Shown here in pieces: positions 57,007-64,000 of a stretch of 64,000 nt of DNA (position 1 is the first letter of the stretch; every line of letters begins with the position of its first letter). Below the pieces are notes generated by a model, which worked only from the letters and a program-made list of their open reading frames with translations, was not told where the DNA came from and did not search any database. This DNA comes from an uncultured Bacteroidaceae bacterium. GTDB lineage: Bacteria; Bacteroidota; Bacteroidia; Bacteroidales; GCA-2748055. A program made the position numbers and the translations under genes. The stretch covers positions 1,419 to 65,418 of the forward strand of contig CAZIIU010000015.1 in the NCBI GenBank assembly GCA_964539395.1, given 5' to 3'.

Positions 57007-57789
57007 ATGCAGTATGAGTTGACAGATACACATGCGCACCTCTATTTAAAGGCGTTCAGAAATGACATCGACGAGGTGATCTCCCGTGCAGTGGGTCGCG
57101 GCGTAAAACGCATATTTCTACCCAATCTCGACCAAACTACGGTTCAGGAAATGAATCGTTTATGCAAAAAGTATAAAGGAATCTGTTTCCCGATGATCGG
57201 GCTGCATCCGACATCTGTGAAGGAGAATTACATGGATGAACTCTCCGTCCTGGAAAATGAACTGAACAATGATAAATACATTGCTGTAGGAGAAACCGGT
57301 ATCGATCTGTATTGGGATCAAACTTATCTTGATGAACAGCGTATCGCGTTTCTTACACAGTTAACCTGGGCAAAGGATAGAGCTCTACCGGTAGTTATCC
57401 ATGCCAGGGAGTCATTTGATGAGATCTTTGAGGTAATGGACCAGGTATACACCCCGGATTTAAAAGGTGTATTTCACAGCTTCACAGGAAACAAGGACCA
57501 GCTAAAAAAGATACTCTCCTACGGTTTCTATATCGGTATCAATGGGATCGCCACTTTTAAAAACTCAGACATGGACCATATAGTCAGGGAAATTCCCCCT
57601 GAAAATCTTCTCATCGAAACGGATTCCCCTTTCCTTGCGCCTTCACCACACCGTGGAAAAAGAAATGAAAGCGCCTATGTACTTGAAATAGCGAAAAAAA
57701 TTGCAGAGATAATGGGGGTGGAAATAGACGAGGTGGCCAACATAACGACGAAAAATGCGTTAACTCTTTTTAGCAGAACGAACCGGTAA
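57007..57789 (+). CDS. TatD-family metal-dependent hydrolase
   Basis: LTDTHAHL, GETGIDLYW, VIHARES, ETDSPFLAP; 260 aa. Confidence 0.92.
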   Translation: MQYELTDTHAHLYLKAFRNDIDEVISRAVGRGVKRIFLPNLDQTTVQEMNRLCKKYKGICFPMIGLHPTSVKENYMDELSVLENELNNDKYIAVGETGIDLYWDQTYLDEQRIAFLTQLTWAKDRALPVVIHARESFDEIFEVMDQVYTPDLKGVFHSFTGNKDQLKKILSYGFYIGINGIATFKNSDMDHIVREIPPENLLIETDSPFLAPSPHRGKRNESAYVLEIAKKIAEIMGVEIDEVANITTKNALTLFSRTNR

Positions 57790-57902
57790 AACTTATTGAA
57801 GATGATCGCCGTAAACCAAAGCAAAGCCATGGTCGTAAAAGATGTCAAAACCTTAATAACTGCTCAACGCATCTAACTTTCTTAACCTTAGATCCCTCGA
57901 TA

Positions 57903-58937
57903 ATGTCGGACAACAATGGAATATTGCTGATCTACACCGGTGGAACCATCGGCATGGTAAAGGATCCCCACAACGGGGTTCTGAAACCATTCGATTTTTC
58001 CGATGTAAGTGAGAAAATACCTGAACTGCAGCGATTCGGATTCTCCATCGATACCATCCAGTTCAAATCACCCGTAGATTCTTCCAATATCCATCCCGGA
58101 TTCTGGATCGAAATTGCCGATATCATAGAAGCAAATTACGACAAGTACCTGGGTTTTGTTGTACTCCACGGGACCGACACGATGGCATACTCAGCATCGG
58201 CACTGAGTTTTATGCTTGAAAACCTCTCAAAACCCGTAATATTCACAGGTGCCCAACTCCCTATCGGAACATTGCGCACCGATGGAAAGGAAAACCTGAT
58301 CACTGCTGTAGAGATAGCAGCATCCCTCGAAAACGGGAGACCTGTGGTACCTGAAGTATGCATCTATTTTGAAAGCAAATTATACCGTGGTAACCGCACT
58401 ACCAAAGTCAATGCCGAACACTTCAATGCATTCCAGTCTGCCAACTACCCCTACCTGGCCAAAGCAGGTGTTGAATTGGTGTTCAACCGTGAATTCATTA
58501 TCTACACGGAGAGAACCGAACCACTTGTGGTTCACAGAAAGTTCTGCGACCAGATTACCATCATCAAACTGTTTCCTGGAATCAACAGGAAATATATGGA
58601 CTCTATTCTCGGAATCGAATCCCTGAAGGCGGTCATCCTGGAAACATACGGAGCAGGAAACGCACCGTCGGAGGAGTGGTTTATGAAAAGAATCCGCAGG
58701 GCAACGGAGAGAGATATCATTATGCTCGACGTAACGCAATGCAGCCGGGGCAGTGTCGAACTCGGCCGCTATCACACCAGTCAGACACTCCTGGAGGCCG
58801 GTGTTATCAGCGGTTACGATATTACCACAGAAGCTGCAACCACCAAATTGATGATCCTCCTCGCACAGGAACTCAGCTCCGAAGAGATTAAAATGCTTTT
58901 AAATAAATCTCTTAAGGGAGAAATAACTGTTCACTAA
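57903..58937 (+). CDS. ansA: L-asparaginase, type I (cytoplasmic)
   Basis: LLIYTGGTIGM (the Thr nucleophile loop), VVLHGTDTMAYSA; 344 aa. Confidence 0.9.
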   Translation: MSDNNGILLIYTGGTIGMVKDPHNGVLKPFDFSDVSEKIPELQRFGFSIDTIQFKSPVDSSNIHPGFWIEIADIIEANYDKYLGFVVLHGTDTMAYSASALSFMLENLSKPVIFTGAQLPIGTLRTDGKENLITAVEIAASLENGRPVVPEVCIYFESKLYRGNRTTKVNAEHFNAFQSANYPYLAKAGVELVFNREFIIYTERTEPLVVHRKFCDQITIIKLFPGINRKYMDSILGIESLKAVILETYGAGNAPSEEWFMKRIRRATERDIIMLDVTQCSRGSVELGRYHTSQTLLEAGVISGYDITTEAATTKLMILLAQELSSEEIKMLLNKSLKGEITVH

Positions 58938-59143
58938 GAATATTTATATTTTTTTTTTGTAATTTGCGCCGCGATTCTATTTACAATTCAGTAAATTAGC
59001 AAGTCGCAAGTTCTTACCATATCCGTGGGTGGTTTTTTGGAGACAGCAGCTATAGCTTTGGAGCGAACCGGATTGGAACGATAGAATTGCATAAATGTTC
59101 TTATATATAACCGACTGAAAGGGTGCGAACCCAAATATTGACT

Positions 59144-59231
59144 GGAGAGGTGCAGGAGTGGCTGAACTGGCACGCCTGGAAAGCGTGTGTACCTCAAAAG
59201 GGTACCGAGGGTTCGAATCCCTCTCTCTCCG
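59144..59231 (+). tRNA. tRNA-Ser (anticodon GGA)
   Basis: Hand-folded. Acceptor GGAGAGG/TCTCTCC (one G-U pair). 3-bp D stem CAG/CTG with a GAGTGGCTGAA loop. Anticodon stem CACGC/GCGTG with loop CTGGAAA. Long variable arm GTACC..GGTAC. T arm GAGGG-TTCGAAT-CCCTC. Discriminator G. CCA is not encoded. Confidence 0.93.
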
Positions 59232-59287
59232 CGATAAAATCAATTAAAACGTTTAATAATCAGAAAGTTTAACAAACATTAACAACA

Positions 59288-60115
59288 ATGAAAAAACTAT
59301 TTGCGCTAATAGCAGTTTTCGGAATGCTTATAATGGGAGCGTCCGTATTTGCACAGGAAGATCCGGCAACAGAGACCTCTGCCGCTGATGACACTTCACA
59401 GGTAGCTGAAGAAGTTGTTCAGGCTGAAGCCCCTGCTACAGAGCAGTCAACTGCTCCGGATAAGGAAGAAGGTGCATTGAGTGTCTTGCACACCAACCTG
59501 AAAACAAAATTCATTGAGGGTGGTGCCAGCTTTATGGGCGCGGTTCTGATGACCCTTATTTTCGGTCTGGCACTCGCATTTGAAAGGATCATCTACCTGA
59601 GTCTTGCATCAACGAATACAGAAAAACTGCTTGTTGCAGTAGAAGCTGCGCTTGAAGAAGGAGGCATAGAAGCAGCAAAAGATGTGTGCCGTAATAACCG
59701 TGGTCCGGTGGCAAGTATTTTTTATCAGGGACTCGACAGGGCCGACCAGGGGATTGATGTAGTCGAAAAATCAGTTGTCTCCTATGGTAGTGTTCAAATG
59801 GGACTCCTGGAGAAGAATCTTTCATGGATTTCACTGTTTATTGCAGTTGCACCGATGCTTGGGTTTATGGGTACTGTAATCGGTATGATCCAGGCATTTG
59901 ACAAGATCCAGGAGCAGGGCGATGTCTCTCCAACGGTTGTGGCTGGTGGTATCAAGGTTGCACTTATCACTACAGTTACAGGTCTGATTGTTGCAATCAT
60001 CCTGCAATTTTTCTATAACTACTTGATATCCAAGGTTGATTCGATCGTAAATCGTATGGAAGACGCTTCCATCTCCCTGGTTGATATGTTGGTAAAGCAC
60101 AATCTTAAAAAATAA
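59288..60115 (+). CDS. MotA/TolQ/ExbB-family proton channel with acidic N-terminal extension
   Basis: Signal peptide, an acidic periplasmic stretch, and a C-terminal MotA_ExbB core (AVAPMLGFMGTVIGMIQAF..ALITTVTGL). Confidence 0.88.
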   Translation: MKKLFALIAVFGMLIMGASVFAQEDPATETSAADDTSQVAEEVVQAEAPATEQSTAPDKEEGALSVLHTNLKTKFIEGGASFMGAVLMTLIFGLALAFERIIYLSLASTNTEKLLVAVEAALEEGGIEAAKDVCRNNRGPVASIFYQGLDRADQGIDVVEKSVVSYGSVQMGLLEKNLSWISLFIAVAPMLGFMGTVIGMIQAFDKIQEQGDVSPTVVAGGIKVALITTVTGLIVAIILQFFYNYLISKVDSIVNRMEDASISLVDMLVKHNLKK

Positions 60116-60121
60116 CAGACT

Positions 60122-60814
60122 ATGTCTTATTCTAAAATATCATCGATCACATTAATTGTGGTTGCTACAATCTCGGTGATAGTCATCCTGTTCTTTTATA
60201 TCAGTCCAAGAACAGTTGATATCATCGAACTGGAGGCACGTGTGGAACAGCTTCTCACTGAAGGTGCCCTGCCAGATCAGCCTGAACCCGGAGTCGCAGC
60301 AGAGGTTGACACCATGATGGTTGACAGTCTGGAAGCAGCTGAAACTGATGAAGCGGTTATCGCTGAAGAAGACAGTGCTGCCATGATTGCATCTGTTGAA
60401 GAGGAGATGCCGCTTAAAGAGATAACACCGGAAGAGGTCGACCTGAAAGATCACCTGAGTAACTGGGAAATTATGGTTTATAAGCGGACAGATTATGCAC
60501 TTGGCTGGGCCTATATTCTGCTTGCCATTGCTGCCATTGCAGCCATCTTGTTTCCCCTGGTAACAATTGTAACCGATGTCAGGGCAATCTTAAGAATGCT
60601 CATGGTTGTCGGAGCTGCTGCTGTACTGCTGCTGGTATCATACTTTGTCTTCGCATCAGACACACCAATTCAGATTCTCGGATACACAGGTACGGATAAT
60701 ACCAATCCGGTTGCGCTGAAATGGATCGGAACAGGGTTGTTTTCAACCTATATCATTTTCGGTATAGCAATTCTTTCTATACTCTACTTTGAAGTTGTTA
60801 GTATATTCAAATAA
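60122..60814 (+). CDS. Hypothetical membrane protein with acidic linker (between ExbB and ExbD genes)
   Basis: 230 aa. N-terminal TM, a ~70-aa Glu/Asp/Ala-rich segment, then three or four C-terminal TM helices. No family recognised. Confidence 0.5.
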   Translation: MSYSKISSITLIVVATISVIVILFFYISPRTVDIIELEARVEQLLTEGALPDQPEPGVAAEVDTMMVDSLEAAETDEAVIAEEDSAAMIASVEEEMPLKEITPEEVDLKDHLSNWEIMVYKRTDYALGWAYILLAIAAIAAILFPLVTIVTDVRAILRMLMVVGAAAVLLLVSYFVFASDTPIQILGYTGTDNTNPVALKWIGTGLFSTYIIFGIAILSILYFEVVSIFK

Positions 60815-60872
60815 TATTTCAGGGGATCCCGGTATTTGAAACCACCGGAATCCCCTTTAAATTGGAAACCCA

Positions 60873-61517
60873 ATGGCAAAAAGAGAATTACAAGAGGTTA
60901 ATGCAGGATCAATGGCCGATATTGCCTTCCTGTTGCTGATCTTCTTCCTGGTTGCCACTACAATGGATGTTGATACCGGACTTACACGACTGCTTCCACC
61001 TATCCCGGAGGATGAACAGGAGCAGGAGGTTCAGGTGAAAAAAAGAAATGTCCTGGTAGTACTTATCAACAGGAACGACCAGTTAATGGTCAGAAACGAA
61101 TTTGGTACCAGGATCGATGAGTTAAAGGATATCACAATGGAATTCTTCCTGAATCCAACCAACGATCCGAATCTGCCCGAAAAGGAAGAGGCTGAAATAC
61201 AATTTCCTCCCGGATCTTCCCCGTTGCTCCCGTCAGATGGCGTTTGGAGAGGAAGGGTATCCAAAGGTGTTATCTCTCTTCAGAACGACAGGTCTACAAC
61301 ATATAAAAAATACCTGCTCGTGCAGAACGAACTGGTAGCTGCAGTGAATCAGCTGCGGCAGGATTTCAGTAAACTTTACTTTGATAAGGACTTTAATAAT
61401 CTGAATATGAACATTCCGGAGGAAAAAGAGATTGCTGAAGCGATCAGGAAAGTTTATAAAATGAATATTTCAGAGGCAGAACCTAAAAGTATAGAAAATA
61501 TAGGAGGGCCAAGGTAA
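60873..61517 (+). CDS. ExbD/TolR-family biopolymer transport protein (long form)
   Basis: The canonical N-terminus ..MADIAFLLLIFFLVATTM carries the conserved TM Asp. 214 aa. Confidence 0.85.
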   Translation: MAKRELQEVNAGSMADIAFLLLIFFLVATTMDVDTGLTRLLPPIPEDEQEQEVQVKKRNVLVVLINRNDQLMVRNEFGTRIDELKDITMEFFLNPTNDPNLPEKEEAEIQFPPGSSPLLPSDGVWRGRVSKGVISLQNDRSTTYKKYLLVQNELVAAVNQLRQDFSKLYFDKDFNNLNMNIPEEKEIAEAIRKVYKMNISEAEPKSIENIGGPR

Positions 61518-62011
61518 TGTCTAAATTTAAAAGAAAAAAAGGAACCGGTGCACAGAGGATCAATACAGCTTCTCTGCCCGATATCATTTTCATGCTGCTG
61601 TTCTTCTTTATGGTATCAACTACGATGAGGGAAACAGAGGTATTGGTACAGATTAAACCTACAGAAGTCTCTGAAGTGAAAAAGCTTGAGCAGAAAAAAC
61701 TTGTAAGTTATATCTATATTGGTCGTCCGGCAAGGCACCTGCAGGCAATGTACGGATCCGAACCGATTATACAGCTTAACGACAAGCTTATTAACGAAGA
61801 AGGGATTCCTACTGAATCGGTGCAGGACTTTGTGCTGTTTGAGCGGGAAAAACTTCCCGAAGTAGATAAAAACAGAATGGTAATGTCGCTGAGGATCGAC
61901 CAGGATATTCCCATGGGCAAGGTAGATGATGTGAAGCAGGCACTCAGACAGGCTAAGGCTCTAATTATAAATTACTCTGCACGAAAAGATCACGGGGAGC
62001 AGGGACGTTAA
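61517..62011 (+). CDS. ExbD/TolR-family biopolymer transport protein
   Basis: INTASLPDIIFMLLFFFMVSTTM; 164 aa. The start overlaps the upstream stop (TAATG). Confidence 0.85.
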   Translation: MSKFKRKKGTGAQRINTASLPDIIFMLLFFFMVSTTMRETEVLVQIKPTEVSEVKKLEQKKLVSYIYIGRPARHLQAMYGSEPIIQLNDKLINEEGIPTESVQDFVLFEREKLPEVDKNRMVMSLRIDQDIPMGKVDDVKQALRQAKALIINYSARKDHGEQGR

Positions 62012-62035
62012 AGCCTCTCCTCAAACCAACCAGGA

Positions 62036-62069
62036 AAGCCACTCATTCATTTACGGGTGGCTTTTTTTA
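62036..62069. terminator. Rho-independent terminator after the ExbD genes
   Basis: Stem aaagccac (62036-43) pairs with gtggcttt (62058-65). The loop is 14 nt and the T-run extends to 62069. Confidence 0.6.
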
Positions 62070-62099
62070 ACCCCCTTCATTGCAACAGGATGTAAGTTT

Positions 62100-62381
62100 T
62101 TATCGAACCGGACCTGATGCTTCTTTCCGTGTATCATTTTTTCTACCCTCGCTAACCTTAAAAGTGATTCTGAAATGATAAACTGTCCTTAGCAGGAAAA
62201 ATAAAACAGCAAAACCCATCATCCCCCAGGCTATCAGCTTGAATGCTTCAGGAAATTCGATCATTGCAACCAGCGAGATGATAAATAAAAGTGCAGTTAC
62301 CACCCCTGCACCCAGCATCGCATTTCTGAATACCCTGTCAGTTTTGTCACTTCGGCTGTGAATCCTTTTCCTATTCTTCAT
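62100..62381 (-). CDS. Small two-TM membrane protein, hypothetical (third gene of the two-component operon)
   Basis: The ORF is trimmed to the ATG at 62381 (MKNRKRIHS..). Two hydrophobic helices. It overlaps the response-regulator stop by 11 nt. Confidence 0.45.
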   Translation of the reverse strand: MKNRKRIHSRSDKTDRVFRNAMLGAGVVTALLFIISLVAMIEFPEAFKLIAWGMMGFAVLFFLLRTVYHFRITFKVSEGRKNDTRKEASGPVR

Positions 62382-63069
62382 CAACAACCAGTTTATAACC
62401 TTTGCCGTGTACATTGATGATCTGAACGCGCGGATTCTCCTTCAGGTATTTGCGAAGCTTGGTTATATACACATCCATACTCCGGGCGTTAAAGTAATTA
62501 TCATCAAACCAAATTGCTTTCAGGGCAAAATTACGTTCCAGCACTTCATTCATGTTATTACATAATAGTTTCAGAAGATCAGACTCCTTAGTAGTTAGCT
62601 TCTGAACTTTTCCTCCGGCCGACAACTCCTGTTTCTTCACATCGAAAACAAATTTGCCAATCTCATACACCTGCTTCTCCTCACCCTTCTTACCTTTTGT
62701 TCGCCTTAAAATAGCCTCAATTCTGAAAAGGAGCTCTTCCATGCTGAAGGGTTTTGTGATGTAATCATCTGCACCCCGACTGAAGCCTTCCAGGACATCA
62801 TCCTTCATAGTTTTTGCCGTTAAAAAAATGATGGGAATCTTACTGTTCATAACCCGCACATCTGTGGCGAGAGAAAAGCCGTCTTTGACCGGCATCATTA
62901 CATCGAAAACACACAGATCATAGTGATACTGCTCAAAATAACGAAACGCCTTGTCACCGTTTGTAACCCAATCGGTCTCAAAATTCTTGGCCTGGAGATA
63001 CTCCTGGAGCAAAGAGCCCAGGTTTTCATCATCCTCTGCCAACAGCACACGTGTTTTTATCTCATTCAT
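62371..63069 (-). CDS. OmpR/PhoB-family response regulator
   Basis: Receiver domain (LLAEDDENL, the phospho-acceptor in LCVFDVMMP, LTAK) and a winged-helix output domain (VYITKLRKYL). Confidence 0.93.
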   Translation of the reverse strand: MNEIKTRVLLAEDDENLGSLLQEYLQAKNFETDWVTNGDKAFRYFEQYHYDLCVFDVMMPVKDGFSLATDVRVMNSKIPIIFLTAKTMKDDVLEGFSRGADDYITKPFSMEELLFRIEAILRRTKGKKGEEKQVYEIGKFVFDVKKQELSAGGKVQKLTTKESDLLKLLCNNMNEVLERNFALKAIWFDDNYFNARSMDVYITKLRKYLKENPRVQIINVHGKGYKLVVDEE

Positions 63070-64000
63070 GATTTTTCATTTCGTTTTTTAACGGAAGTTG
63101 AATACTAAATTTTGTTCCCCTGTTCAGTTCGCTTGAAAGAGAGATGGTTCCACCGTGCTGCTCCACGATCAGCTTTACATAACTTAACCCCAACCCGAAA
63201 CCTTTTACATCATGAACATTTCCTGTTGAGACCCGGTAAAAACGGTCAAACACCTTTTTCTGATTATCCTTACTGATCCCAATCCCCCTGTCCCTTACAC
63301 TAAAACGGAAATAATTTTCAGAATTACTTAAATGTACAGTGATTTCAGGTGTGCCGCTGCTGTATTTAACTGCATTATCCAGGAGATTTGTAACCAAATT
63401 TACCAGGTGCACCTTATCGCCATATACAAGATCACTGGTCGATTCATCAATTAACTCAATCTTTCCATTCTGATTCTCCACCTGAAGTTTAAAATTCTGT
63501 AATACTGTATGGATGATCTCATTCATGGACACCTCCTTCTTCTTTAAAACCAGGTGACCCTGATCGAGCACAGCCATTTGCAATACCCGCTCAACCTGGT
63601 ATCCCAGTCTCTTGCTTTCAGCTTGAATGATCCTGGAAATATGACCTGAATTCTTTCTTTCCGGAGAAATGCTTTCATCGTTCAGCATCTGGGATGCAAG
63701 ACTGATGGTTGAAATCGGTGTCTTTAACTCATGTGTCATATTATTTACAAAATCGTTCTTGATATCCGATAGTTTCTTCTGCCTGAATATTACATACAGT
63801 GCAAAAGTAAACAGCAGTATCATTAAAATCGTTAAAACCAGTGTAGAAAAAACAAGGAAACCGAGGGAGCTTTTTACCAGTTCCTTCTGATCCGGGAAAT
63901 AGAGATAGAGGTAGATCTCCTCCTGAAGAATATCATCATGAAGCAACAGGGTTCTGAAATAATAGTTATCCGTATCCCGTGTGAAACCTTCTGAAGCGTA
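63062..64000 (-). CDS. Sensor histidine kinase (N-terminus beyond the window edge)
   Basis: The frame stays open to nt 64000. TM helix, H-box NMTHELKTPIS, N-box NLLDNAVKYS, G-boxes RDRGIGI and GFGLGLSYV. 8-nt overlap with the response regulator. Confidence 0.9.
   Translation of the reverse strand, partial: YASEGFTRDTDNYYFRTLLLHDDILQEEIYLYLYFPDQKELVKSSLGFLVFSTLVLTILMILLFTFALYVIFRQKKLSDIKNDFVNNMTHELKTPISTISLASQMLNDESISPERKNSGHISRIIQAESKRLGYQVERVLQMAVLDQGHLVLKKKEVSMNEIIHTVLQNFKLQVENQNGKIELIDESTSDLVYGDKVHLVNLVTNLLDNAVKYSSGTPEITVHLSNSENYFRFSVRDRGIGISKDNQKKVFDRFYRVSTGNVHDVKGFGLGLSYVKLIVEQHGGTISLSSELNRGTKFSIQLPLKNEMKNHE

Noticed and set aside
58938-59143. A 200-bp gap between ansA and tRNA-Ser as a possible ncRNA (SRP RNA, 6S or similar).
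   Set aside because: I could not recognise any conserved RNA-family motif or a convincing hairpin plus U-tract by eye. It is most simply the tRNA promoter region. It would need an Infernal/Rfam scan.
59144-59231. tRNA-Ser as an integration site for a genomic island or prophage.
   Set aside because: No integrase, no direct repeat of the tRNA 3' end, and no phage or mobile genes on either side. The flanks are ansA and an ExbB/ExbD block.

Overview
This window looks like core chromosome from a Bacteroidota-type genome. That assignment is inferred from gene content and order only: a dcw cluster without murF, a GldE-like DUF21-CBS protein, GH97 enzymes, an N-acyl-amino-acid-lipid gene pair, and Sec/TAT-exported sugar enzymes. 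I call about 55 CDS, one tRNA-Ser(GGA), several tandem-repeat loci, one operator-like site and a few terminators.

Layout:
- 1-6.5 kb: a lower-GC carbohydrate block with two tandem GH97 paralogues, an exported TIM-barrel isomerase-like protein and a TAT-exported Gfo/Idh/MocA oxidoreductase.
- 6.7-8.7 kb: pabC and pabB.
- 8.9-20.3 kb: mfd, coaX, an OMP, a TPR protein, an lptC-like gene, a gldE-like gene and a ppiD-like gene.
- 20.3-35.6 kb, minus strand: a complete 13-gene dcw cluster (mraZ-rsmH-ftsL-ftsI-murE-mraY-murD-ftsW-murG-murC-ftsQ-ftsA-ftsZ).
- 35.8-64 kb: a lipid acyltransferase pair, purF, a SPOR protein, a soluble Cys-rich histidine kinase, yebC, miaB, a STAS protein, aspS, tadA, aroA, a proline-dehydrogenase-like gene, dprA, a phosphohexomutase, gdhA, tatD, ansA, tRNA-Ser, an ExbB/ExbD block and an OmpR-type two-component system.

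I found no convincing defence island, CRISPR array, prophage, transposon or other clearly novel multi-gene system.

The signals that existing annotation categories do not explain are:
- An unusually high density of near-perfect short tandem repeats at six loci. One is in-frame inside pabB, and two start exactly on the stop-codon region of a CDS.
- A 200-bp array of alternating 20-bp units at 51.58-51.78 kb.
- Low-complexity insertions in housekeeping enzymes (PabB, AroA, MiaB).
- A GH97 paralogue with a disrupted catalytic segment, next to a candidate oxidative glycoside-processing pair.
- A phased GTGGG operator upstream of mraZ.

All functional calls rest on motif recognition in the supplied translations. 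No database searches were run.
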